This document shows positions 30,078-39,180 of a stretch of DNA of 64,000 nucleotides, piece after piece; position 1 is the first letter of the stretch; each line of letters begins with the position of its first letter. A program made the position numbers and the translations under genes. Source of the stretch: Nannocystales bacterium (GTDB taxonomy: Bacteria > Myxococcota_A > Polyangia > Nannocystales > Nannocystaceae); the NCBI GenBank assembly GCA_050633305.1, contig JBOEGF010000036.1, positions 32,001-96,000 of the forward strand, given 5' to 3'. The notes beneath the pieces were generated by a model that saw only the letters and a program-made list of their open reading frames with translations, ran no database searches and was not told the DNA's origin.

Positions 30078-30888
30078 TAGGGACAACAGCCGATCGTGAC
30101 CGATCGTTAACCATCGTTGCCCCTGAAACCGCCGAGGGAGATGGGTCGAGCCCAAATCGTGTCGACGGCGTCGCCGATGTTGGCCGATCGTCGCCCCTCG
30201 ACTGTCGTGAAACCACGACAGAGATCGACGCGGCAATATCCGAGCTGGAGCGGGGGAGGGTGGACCTGGCGCTGGACCGGCTGAGAGCGTTAGCTCTTAC
30301 CGTCCGCCACGACCGATAGCCGGCCCGCGTCGCAATCGAGCGGCGCCAACCCGCTCACACCGCTGATGTGCCGCCGCCTGATATGGGAAGCGTCGCCCGC
30401 GCTGGGTACCCGATCTCCGAGGTGACGGCGCCCTGTTTCCCATATCCCCATATCCCCCTAATACTTGCGGAACAACCGGCCGGCGGACGCGTCTAGTTCG
30501 TCAAACAGGTCTCGGCTCATTTGGGCAAAGTTCTGGACGACCATACGAGCGTCCTCGATATCCACGTAGCACTCGGCGAGTTCGCCCATCGCGCGAACGA
30601 CATCATTTGAGTGAAACCCAACGTCCAGATTACGGCGATGCTGATTGAGTGCGAGTCAACGCCGGCGCTCTCTTTCAATCTTGGAGACTTGAGGAGTCCC
30701 AAGAGCCCGAGTCAGATTGGCGCGGTGCCCGTTGGAATGACGCGAGCCCCAGCCGAGGGCAGCTGGAGCCGATCCACTACCGCCATGCTATCGATCGAAG
30801 GCGGGGTCGATTTCTCCGATAGACCGGCGGAGGTTGGTCGGACCAGCCAGATCGATGTTCCCGCACCGACGCGCGGCAGCATCCCGCG

Positions 30889-32028
30889 CTACTTACACGT
30901 GCAGACCTGCACGCCGCGTGCGAGCTGCCATCCACCGGGACCGTCGACCAGATGGACGGGCTGCTTCGGTCGCGAAGCTGCTCGGCAAAGCGTGCAAACC
31001 CTGTTCGCACCTGAGAGATAGGTCGCGCCTGGCCGCTTCCGGTAGTTGCCATCGCTGCGGACCCATTGTGGATCGAGGCCCGAAGGAAGACTGGCCGCGA
31101 TCACGCCGTAGGCCGCCGCGTTTGTCTCTGCGCCGTGGTGAGGTGCTGTCACCAGGGGCGTACGTGTGGCCGGCACGGAGCGCAACGAGGCCAGGTCGGA
31201 GTCCGCGCTGAAGATGACGGCTGAGTTGTTTGGGTCCTCGGGGGCCACGAAGACCAGGGACTCCCGGTTCGCGACGCTCAGCCGAAGGAATCGCAGCGCA
31301 CTGACCTTGCGGCGAAGCATGTGCGCTGTCAGCTCGACGGAGTTGATCGGGTGAAGGAATGCCTCGCCGCCCGCGGGCGTTCCGCGCCGTCGCGCTTCCT
31401 CGAAGTCGAACCACCTAATTCTCGCGCCATGGTGATGAGCGGCTCTCGCGACCTTGCGGATCCGTGCGGCCGCCTGCACCGCCTCAATCCACAGGGCCCC
31501 TCGTGCGCTCCCAACGAGATCGGTCGACGGAAGCCAGACGCCGTCTGCAAGCCCGTCTAGGATGTCCGGTGCCAGGGGATCCTCCAAACCGAGCGCCGCT
31601 TCAACCCCATCGAGGTCAACGTCTACGTCCTCCCCGCGTTCCGACCCCTCGCGGGCGTCGGGCGACTCCAGGGAGCCCGCCTCCTGCTCGGCGCGCACGT
31701 CCGTGAGCAGTTCGTCGAGGAAGTCTGCCGGCCGGACGATGAGATCTACAAGGCGCTCTGTCCACCGCCCGGGGAGCCACACGTCGCGGACCACTGCAAG
31801 GGAGGCCTCTAGCAGCCCGACAAGACCCTCGGCGTGATCGGCATCGGCATGCGTGCACACGGCCACGTCGATCGCGGGCGTGGGCCGCACCAACATCAGT
31901 TGGGCCGCGAACACCGTGCGCGCGCGACCGCCATCCACGAGTATCGTCTTGCCGTCCGCGCGTTCGAGCAGGAACGCATCCCCTTGGCCCACTGGGACTG
32001 CCGTGAACGTGGCGACCACGTGCGGCAT
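30889..32028 (-). CDS. MBL-fold metallo-hydrolase (ComEC/Rec2-like)
   Basis: VGQGDAFLL, LVDGG, THADADH, FSADS, APHHG motifs; C-terminal CxxC...CxC. Confidence 0.85.
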   Translation of the reverse strand: MPHVVATFTAVPVGQGDAFLLERADGKTILVDGGRARTVFAAQLMLVRPTPAIDVAVCTHADADHAEGLVGLLEASLAVVRDVWLPGRWTERLVDLIVRPADFLDELLTDVRAEQEAGSLESPDAREGSERGEDVDVDLDGVEAALGLEDPLAPDILDGLADGVWLPSTDLVGSARGALWIEAVQAAARIRKVARAAHHHGARIRWFDFEEARRRGTPAGGEAFLHPINSVELTAHMLRRKVSALRFLRLSVANRESLVFVAPEDPNNSAVIFSADSDLASLRSVPATRTPLVTAPHHGAETNAAAYGVIAASLPSGLDPQWVRSDGNYRKRPGATYLSGANRVCTLCRAASRPKQPVHLVDGPGGWQLARGVQVCTCK

Positions 32029-32107
32029 CGTACAGATTGACGGATGCCAATTGGAGTCGGGCTTGGTATCGGCTGCCGTGAGGGTGTTCGTCCAGTATCC
32101 TGGGAGG

Positions 32108-32794
32108 GTGACGCTTCCGCCCAAATTCTTGGAGGCCGACTTCGACCTACTCGGATCCCTGCTGGAGTTCGACGTCGAGCGGAGGTTCGGACGTAAGGTT
32201 CAGGTCCTGCATGCCTTCCTGAACAACGACTCGGTCGTTCGCACGGCCCACCAGCAGCGCCGCGAATGGAAGTCGCGGGCGAAGCCGGACCGGGCCTTCG
32301 AGAACCTCGGCTCGGAAGCTCGCCACTGGTACACATTCAACGCGGGTGGTCGGACCGAGGCACAGCTCAACGTCGGGATGTTCGGCGGCAGGGATGGGCA
32401 CCTCCGAATCGGGCTTGGCTTCGAGATGACCGAAAGAAAGGGCGGGCGGCCCGCGGCCGTCCAGTTCATCTTTGCGGCCTTCGTCAAGCTGCTGAAGGAG
32501 CGGACCGAGCTCGTGCACAACGTCTCGCACTTCGTGGAGGAGATGGGCCTCGAGGTCGAGTTCTGGGGACCATCGTCAACCGAACTCGAGATCGTCGGGA
32601 CGTCCGACGCGCTTCGGTTTATCACCAGCCTGACCAGGACGGCGCACTGGGTCTTCTTGGGCAAGCTCCTGCGCCTCGACACCGATGCGGCGGTTCTTGC
32701 AGAGCCGGCCGACCTGGCCTCGGCGATCGACGACGTGTTCCGGGGCATCCTGCCGATCTGGCGGGAAGCCAACGTTGTGGGCTCGTTGGGGTAG
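32108..32794 (+). CDS. Hypothetical protein
   Basis: GTG start with SD GGAGG; 228 aa; NAGGRTEAQLNVG...LRIGLGFE. Confidence 0.7.
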   Translation: MTLPPKFLEADFDLLGSLLEFDVERRFGRKVQVLHAFLNNDSVVRTAHQQRREWKSRAKPDRAFENLGSEARHWYTFNAGGRTEAQLNVGMFGGRDGHLRIGLGFEMTERKGGRPAAVQFIFAAFVKLLKERTELVHNVSHFVEEMGLEVEFWGPSSTELEIVGTSDALRFITSLTRTAHWVFLGKLLRLDTDAAVLAEPADLASAIDDVFRGILPIWREANVVGSLG

Positions 32795-33562
32795 TCGAGC
32801 AGCATCTATCCGGTAGCACGCATGTCGGGGATGACGGTCCGAGGCGTGTGCATGAACTTTCCTGTTGAGGTAGAGCCCGTATCGTTCGACTCCATTTCGG
32901 CGTCGGGCCGCGAGATCGATTCGCGGTATCTGGTGCCGCTCCGCCTGATGCGGGACGACGTGCTCCTCGTTGACACCATGCAGGTAGTTCCTCGCGAACG
33001 CACGGAAGAGCGGCGGGCGGACGATGTGGGCCAACATACGAGAGTCGGCGCGACCAACAGACGATGAACTATCCAGCCGCGGCCGGCTCCGGCATCGCTC
33101 GTCGAGCAGGCCGACCGATTCCCGGGAACGTGGAGTGGCCCCGGCGCTACCTCCTCGCGGCCGAGCGCTGGCTCGTGCTCACACTCGGGGTCGAGGCCGC
33201 CGCGTTCGCGCGCTGCGAGTCATTCTCCATTCTCCGAGACCCATCGGAAGAAACACGCGACGTTCTACGCCGACCCCGTTCCCGGCTTCCGTGATCTCGA
33301 CCTCGAAATAGTTGGTCGGTGATCGGGGGCAGCCTCTGGGAGCGGTTCCCGGACGACCGGGAAGAGTCGCCGTCGCCTTTGGTCGTTTCGTCAGTGCTAT
33401 CCCAGGGCTGGCGGGAGGTACGAACTCGAGAACCCTGACGAGGTGCTTGGGGTTGTTGGTCGGTCGGTCTCGCTAGCCTGCCGCGCGCGCACGCCGGCGA
33501 CCACCGAGTGGGTTCGAGCCAGCTAGAAACGTCCGGCGGAACTCGAGCCAGCCGCGTTCCAG

Positions 33563-34870
33563 CTAGTCAGTCGGCGCTGGCTGGAGTGTCCTGCCATCAA
33601 GATCCAGGTACAGCTGCGCCGCGTCGTAGGGGCAACGTCGGGTGCCTCGGATCGTCCAAGGTTCGCGCATGCAGGTCTCGGCTCGTTGAGGCGCATCGCA
33701 GCAGGAGTACAGCGGGCACATCCAGCGAGCGGCTTCCTCCGATCGAAGCGACTGAACCAGGTGCGCCATCGAGCGAATGAGAAAAACCGCCTGCTCGCCC
33801 GGGGTCTCACGCCCTCCGGCAAAGACCTGCCCCTGGGCGTCCTCCATCGACGGCAAGGGAACCTCCTCGAAGAGCGGCCTGACGTCCAAGGATTGCTCCG
33901 GCGATTCGGGATCTGGCAACCGGTCCAGCGGGAACCGGCGCTCGCCGTTTCGGTTGCGCGCCAGGCTCAGGAGGGCGATCTCCTGGTACCATCTTAGGGC
34001 GACCAGGAGTGGGTCCTCGTCGCCTGCAGCGGCGTGGTGCTCGACGAACTCTTTCAGTGTCGCAGTGATCTGCGCCACCGTCCGATCGTAGGTCGCTGCT
34101 AGCGTGTGTCTCCGGCACCAGTCATAGACCTCCTCTCCCGACGGGTCTGTGCTGTTTTGGCCCATGTCGGAGAAACCATCCAGCAAGTTGAAGAGGTGCG
34201 GCCCTGGGGTCGGGTGTTGGAGGGCCCAATGGCACATTGCGATACGTTGCCGTGGGGTGTGGAGCCCGACCGTCGCCAAGATCCGATCAATCGCGACGTA
34301 CTCGAACGACGTCGATTCCAGGACGGGCTCGTCGTCGGCGAACAGCACCTGCAGCGCAACGGAGTACGCCTCCTTGATCTCCCAGGGGCCTACGCTGTGA
34401 TGCATGATCTCGCCAGAGATATTGTCGACGAACTTTGCCTTGGCCACCATCACTGGCTGCGACTCGGCGTCGATCGTCGCAGCTTCAAGGCAGTAGCCCT
34501 CGTAGGCCCACGGCGTCCCACTGCCCCAGGTCTCCCGGGGTTCCACCGCACGCCGAAGTCGAGGCTGAGCGAAGTACCATGGGTCATCTATGGCGGATGG
34601 ATCGTCTGTCAGTGGGAGCGTCACCGCCTCCCCCATGTGCCGAACTGCGCGCTTCGTCGCGTGGACCGAGTCGAGGAAATGAATGAAGTCGATCGCCCCG
34701 TACACCGAGCACAAGTCCTGCAAGAGGTGACCGTACTCGTGCATGAACGTCCACAGACCGTGGGGAAGAGGCTGTCCCGTATCTGGGTCCAGCACATCCT
34801 CGCGAAACCATATGTAGAACGCGCTCGGCCGGTAGTAGGAGCGCCCTGAGCTATCGTGGCGGATTGGCAT
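33563..34870 (-). CDS. Hypothetical protein with HEXXH zinc-metallopeptidase motif and C-terminal Cys cluster
   Basis: TFMHEYGHLLQD; later EIKEAYS (possible third ligand); CPLYSCC...C...CPY. Confidence 0.75.
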   Translation of the reverse strand: MPIRHDSSGRSYYRPSAFYIWFREDVLDPDTGQPLPHGLWTFMHEYGHLLQDLCSVYGAIDFIHFLDSVHATKRAVRHMGEAVTLPLTDDPSAIDDPWYFAQPRLRRAVEPRETWGSGTPWAYEGYCLEAATIDAESQPVMVAKAKFVDNISGEIMHHSVGPWEIKEAYSVALQVLFADDEPVLESTSFEYVAIDRILATVGLHTPRQRIAMCHWALQHPTPGPHLFNLLDGFSDMGQNSTDPSGEEVYDWCRRHTLAATYDRTVAQITATLKEFVEHHAAAGDEDPLLVALRWYQEIALLSLARNRNGERRFPLDRLPDPESPEQSLDVRPLFEEVPLPSMEDAQGQVFAGGRETPGEQAVFLIRSMAHLVQSLRSEEAARWMCPLYSCCDAPQRAETCMREPWTIRGTRRCPYDAAQLYLDLDGRTLQPAPTD

Positions 34871-35111
34871 CGTTCGACCTGTGACTGTGTTCGCGCACCC
34901 GCTGCACGCGGCGCGAGTCTCCAAGATACGCGAGGCGGGCCCCTTCATTCGCTATGTGGACCAGAATGGGCCGTTGGCCTGATATTGATCGGTCAGGCCC
35001 GCTCTCCAGCACATGGCGGCCTTCAGCAGCGTCAGCCTGGTTTGTTGGCAATGAGCGACGTTGGAGGCGCTCTGGCCCGGTTCAGCGTATCCTTCGCTCC
35101 TGCACTCGCTG

Positions 35112-35936
35112 ATGGACACGACAAATCTCCATTCCGAGCTCGAAGTGGTTCTTCGCGCTGGCACCCACCAGCTCGTCTTCATTGACGACGGTGGAGCCGG
35201 GCACCACACTATGGACCCCGATATCCTTGTTCAGGACCATCTTAGTTTCACCGCGGTCATTGTCCCAGCGTGCTCCTTTATCCCGTTGAACGACGCCTTC
35301 GTTTCGTGGCTGTCCGAGGTGCAGAAGGACGCCCCGTCCGTCACCGAGCTTCATGCCACAGCACTCATCAACCCGAAGCGCGGCCAGCCTTGGCGGGACG
35401 TCAAGGATGTGGACGTGCGAGCCGGGCATCTCCGGCGCGCCGCCGACGTTTTCCTCCCCCATGTGGAGACCGTCATTCACGCCCACATCGGCAAGGAGCA
35501 GTACGAATCTCTCCTTGCCTCGCATGCCGAGCAGGTGGATGGCCTCTACGACCATGTCAAGAAGGACCTCACGAAACACAAACATGGCCTCGAACTCGTG
35601 ACGCTGCAGGCGGTCGCAAAGCACGTGCAGAAGCGCGGGGTTCCTTCCGTAGTATTCGAGGATGAGGGGCGCTACAGGGTGAAGAACAAGGACGAATGCA
35701 CGGTGAAGTTCATGTTCGATCCCGTCGTTCCGATGTGGAGAGGTGCTGTTGTCTACCAGCCTTCGCACGCGTGGCCAGGGCTGCAGGTCGCAGACATGCT
35801 GGCAGTTGCATTCGCGCGCGAGTACGTCACCGCTCAACGGGTGCGGATTGGCAAGCACCCTCTCCCTTTCGATCGTGTTTGCAAGCGAATCCGCGAGCAG
35901 GTCGCCGAGAAGAAAGTCTTCGCCTTCGACGCCTGA
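35112..35936 (+). CDS. DUF3800 family protein (RNase H-like acidic motifs)
   Basis: VFIDDGG, ELHAT, FEDEG and GLQVADMLA motifs. Confidence 0.78.
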   Translation: MDTTNLHSELEVVLRAGTHQLVFIDDGGAGHHTMDPDILVQDHLSFTAVIVPACSFIPLNDAFVSWLSEVQKDAPSVTELHATALINPKRGQPWRDVKDVDVRAGHLRRAADVFLPHVETVIHAHIGKEQYESLLASHAEQVDGLYDHVKKDLTKHKHGLELVTLQAVAKHVQKRGVPSVVFEDEGRYRVKNKDECTVKFMFDPVVPMWRGAVVYQPSHAWPGLQVADMLAVAFAREYVTAQRVRIGKHPLPFDRVCKRIREQVAEKKVFAFDA

Positions 35937-36090
35937 TGTGTGGACACGCGGCCTGCCACTTTCCGTTCTGGGCGCAGAGCGCCCGGATGCCGGTCCGAGA
36001 TTGGGGCGGTCGCGGAGAAGGCCCGGGCGGTGCGAGCGCGTGCCCGTGTTGCCGGCCGAGTTCGTCTTGGCAATCTGCGGCTTGTCGATC

Positions 36091-36120
36091 TTGACGGTCC
36101 TGCGTGGGGATGGATATCTT
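36091..36120 (+). promoter_or_regulatory. Putative sigma70 promoter for the 36208-39068 operon
   Basis: TTGACG-N18-TATCTT, ~90 bp upstream of the ATG at 36208. Confidence 0.45.
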
Positions 36121-36207
36121 GGCACCGTAACGCCCGTTGTACGTTTGCCTTGGCGGCATGTGCTCTTAGGCGGCCGCTCCATGAGCATCGGGAGTTTGTG
36201 AGGGCAG

Positions 36208-36975
36208 ATGGGCCACATCCGGCTTGGGAAACTTCCACGCACGAGACGCTGGGCAGAGGTCGTCGACCTCTTGGGCCTCGGTGCGGGCTCCGCTGCGGTC
36301 GCCGCCGCCACCCTCGACGCGGCCGAAGCGGACCTACGCGGCGCCCCTGAAGACCCCGCTGTCCTTCACGCTTTCTGGCTGCTGACGCAGCTCCCTGACG
36401 CGGCGCGTAGCAGCGACTTTGCCGGCGCACTTCGTGACATCGGGGTCCAGGTCGAGAGCGCGCCCACGGTCGCCGAGCTCGGCGCCGCGCTTACCCGGGC
36501 CATCGACCGGCACGCGCTCCAACAGCGCAACATGTCCGACCTCGGCGAGATGGCACAGCTTGCTGTCGTCCAGAGCCTGACGGGTCTGCTGCAAGCCCGC
36601 GTGCCGACGCTCTTCGGGACTACGCCCGACGACGTGCGCTCGGAGGTCGCCAAGCTCGCGACCGGAAAACAGTTTGGGATGCTCGCCAAGGAGTTCTTCG
36701 CCGGCTTCTCGCAGCGGTTCCTCACCTACTACACCAGCCGCGAGCTGCCCTCCCACGTCGGACGGGGCCGAGCGTTCCCGGAGCTGACGGACCACGAAGC
36801 GTTCAACCAGGCGCTCGACATCCATTGTCAGCAGGCGTCGCGGATCGTCGAGACCTTCGCGGGCACCTGGTACTCGAAGAGCCGATACGAGAAGACGCTA
36901 ACTCCCGAGCGCATGGCGGGGTTTGTCGGGTACGCGCTGGGCAAGATGCGGCGCGAGCTGAGGCGGGGGGGCTGA
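36208..36975 (+). CDS. Conserved-looking helical protein (MGHIRLG...), QatB-like partner of the downstream QueC-like enzyme
   Basis: N-terminal Met-Gly; TGATG stop/start overlap with the QueC-like gene. Confidence 0.75.
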   Translation: MGHIRLGKLPRTRRWAEVVDLLGLGAGSAAVAAATLDAAEADLRGAPEDPAVLHAFWLLTQLPDAARSSDFAGALRDIGVQVESAPTVAELGAALTRAIDRHALQQRNMSDLGEMAQLAVVQSLTGLLQARVPTLFGTTPDDVRSEVAKLATGKQFGMLAKEFFAGFSQRFLTYYTSRELPSHVGRGRAFPELTDHEAFNQALDIHCQQASRIVETFAGTWYSKSRYEKTLTPERMAGFVGYALGKMRRELRRGG

Positions 36976-39068
36976 TGTCGTCGTCCCTGCCTCGGAGTGT
37001 GCGTCACGTCGCCTGTGGGAGCGCCGCTCGCAGCGCCCCCGAGGATGCGCTGCGCCTGAAGCTCCACGGGACGTCGCCGAGCTTCAGCGTCGACGTCGCG
37101 GGCCTCGACCAACAGCTGACGACTCGTGTCGCCCCGCGCTTCAGGGATCTCATCCGCCTCGCGTCCTACGTCCTCGTCGCAGACCAGGCGGTCACCCGTG
37201 GGGAAGAGGACTCCCTCGACCTGGGGAAGCGCTGGCGCCGCGAGTTCAAGTTCGTCGTCGGCGTCGAGGACCTCAACGTTTGGGACTGCGACGAGATGCG
37301 CGACGTTCTCGAGTCGACGCTGCATACCCTCACCGACGACTTCTACACGTTCGAGTTCGTGCCGCAGCTCGACTCCGAGCCTGAGCAGCTCAACTTCGGC
37401 GCCGTGGGCGACGACCCCTTCCTCCCCCTCGAAGGCTTCGCGTCGGTGCAGCTGTTCTCCGGTGGGATGGACTCGTTCACGGGGGCGGCCGAGGAGATCC
37501 TGGGCAGCGATCGAGACGTCATCCTCGTGAGTCACCGGTCGGCGACCAAGACTTGGAAGCTTCAGCGGGACCTGATCGACGACCTCCGCCAGCGAGCTCC
37601 GTCGCGCCGCATCCTCCACGTCGCTGTGAGCATGGTGAAGCATGCGAAGGAGCTTCGCCGCGAGCGAACCCAGCGGTCGAGGTCGTTCCTGTACGCCGCC
37701 CTGGCGGGGACGGTGGCCAACCTGGTGGGCCTCGACTTCATCCGATTCTACGAGAACGGGATCGTCGGCATGAACCTCCCTGTGCTACCGCAAGTCATCG
37801 GCACGCGGGCGACGAGGACAACCCATCCGGAGGTGCTGCGGGGCTTCTCAAAGATCCTCTCGCTCCTTGGCTCCCAGAGTATGCGGGTCGAGAACCCGTT
37901 CGAGTTCTTGAGCCGCGCCGAGGTGGCCGGGCGGTTGAACGGCGCCGGTGCCATCGACGTGCTGAGCAAGACCGTCAGCTGCGCGCACGTGCACAAGAGC
38001 AGCAAGATGCATCCGCACTGCGGCGTCTGCTCCCAGTGCGTGGACCGGCGCATCTCAATGCTGGCGGCCGGATTCGCCGAGCATGACCCTGCCGAAGGCT
38101 ACGCTGTGGACATCCTCCGCGGTCAGCATCCCACGGGCGAGGGCGACGTCCTGACCGAGCGCGACCGCACGATGATTGTCGGATACGTCCACGCCGCTGA
38201 CCGCTTCCGAGACCTCGCTTCGCCACTCGAGCTTCAGCACCGGTATCCCGAGGTCACCCGAGCGCTACTCGGCCTGACCGAGCGCTATGTCATCGACGCC
38301 GATGAGGCGCTCCGGCGTGTCTACGAGGTGCACAAGCGCCACGGTGATGGCGTCGGTAGGGCCGTCGAAACGCTCTTCGACTCGGACACGGTCAGGGCGC
38401 TGCGGAAGCCGAACGGCATCCCTGCTGACAGCCTCCCCGCGCTCTTGGGTGCGCGCGGCCTTGGCATGTCCGGATCCCATCAGCAGAAAGAGGAGGTGGC
38501 TCTAGAGATCGTGCCGGCAGATGCCGAGCATGTCTTCCGCCGGCAGGGGCAGAACTGGACGCTCAAGTACCGGGGCGGCAAGCCGCTGATCATGAAGCAC
38601 ACGAAGGGGCTGAACTACATCAGCTTCCTGTTCCGGCACCCGAGTGAGGAGCTGACTGCGTTCGCGCTGATCGACCTAGACGAGGGGCGTGAGGTCGGCC
38701 GGCACTCGCTGTCTACGTCGTTCTCGATCGACGCGAAGACGCTCAGCTCGGTGAAAGGCAAGATGCGGGAGCTCAAGTCCGCCCTCGCCGACGCGATCGA
38801 GTACTGCGACGACGCCGGAGCCGCTCGCATCCGGGCTGAGATCGAGACGCTTGAGGACTACGTGAGTCGGGAGACCGGGCTCGGGGGAAAGGTCCGGCGG
38901 GAGTCGCCGGACCGGAAGAGGGCGAGATCGTCGGTGTCCAATGCCATTACGCGCGCTATCGGCACGGTGCGCAAAGAGCACCCAGCCTTCGCCGACTACC
39001 TAAAGCGGCAGATCCAGACCGGGTTCTTTCTCCAGTATCGCGACGTCAGCACCCACTGGCTGTTGTAA
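36975..39068 (+). CDS. QueC/QatC-like PP-loop enzyme (7-cyano-7-deazaguanine synthase family) with an extra C-terminal putative DNA-binding domain
   Basis: LFSGGMDS, QRSRSFLY, YENG, TRTTHP, NPF, SC...HCGVCSQCVDRR; C-terminal FRRQGQNWT...KGLNYI...GLGGKVR...RARSSV...TG. Confidence 0.85.
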   Translation: MSSSLPRSVRHVACGSAARSAPEDALRLKLHGTSPSFSVDVAGLDQQLTTRVAPRFRDLIRLASYVLVADQAVTRGEEDSLDLGKRWRREFKFVVGVEDLNVWDCDEMRDVLESTLHTLTDDFYTFEFVPQLDSEPEQLNFGAVGDDPFLPLEGFASVQLFSGGMDSFTGAAEEILGSDRDVILVSHRSATKTWKLQRDLIDDLRQRAPSRRILHVAVSMVKHAKELRRERTQRSRSFLYAALAGTVANLVGLDFIRFYENGIVGMNLPVLPQVIGTRATRTTHPEVLRGFSKILSLLGSQSMRVENPFEFLSRAEVAGRLNGAGAIDVLSKTVSCAHVHKSSKMHPHCGVCSQCVDRRISMLAAGFAEHDPAEGYAVDILRGQHPTGEGDVLTERDRTMIVGYVHAADRFRDLASPLELQHRYPEVTRALLGLTERYVIDADEALRRVYEVHKRHGDGVGRAVETLFDSDTVRALRKPNGIPADSLPALLGARGLGMSGSHQQKEEVALEIVPADAEHVFRRQGQNWTLKYRGGKPLIMKHTKGLNYISFLFRHPSEELTAFALIDLDEGREVGRHSLSTSFSIDAKTLSSVKGKMRELKSALADAIEYCDDAGAARIRAEIETLEDYVSRETGLGGKVRRESPDRKRARSSVSNAITRAIGTVRKEHPAFADYLKRQIQTGFFLQYRDVSTHWLL

Positions 39069-39180
39069 GAGCTGGCTCTCGACGACGGCCGGCAGAGCGA
39101 GGTGAATTCCGAGCGCTGTTTTTCGCACTCGGAGGGATCCGTTTGCATGCAGGCTGTGTACGGGCCGAAAAAACTATGCC

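Noticed and set aside
30458..30725. Degenerate XRE-like HTH gene on the minus strand (LGTPQVSKIERERRR*, then LALNQH...RLFRKY)
   Set aside because: Interrupted by a stop, no clear start, and similarity too short to support a call
32806..33500. Small ORFs between the 32108 gene and the HEXXH gene
   Set aside because: Several short overlapping frames, none with a recognisable motif or convincing start
36975..39068. Housekeeping queC, or a complete QatABCD, Dpd or type IV CBASS system
   Set aside because: The protein is about three times the length of QueC, and no qatA/qatD, dpdA/tgt, queD/E or CD-NTase gene is visible in the window
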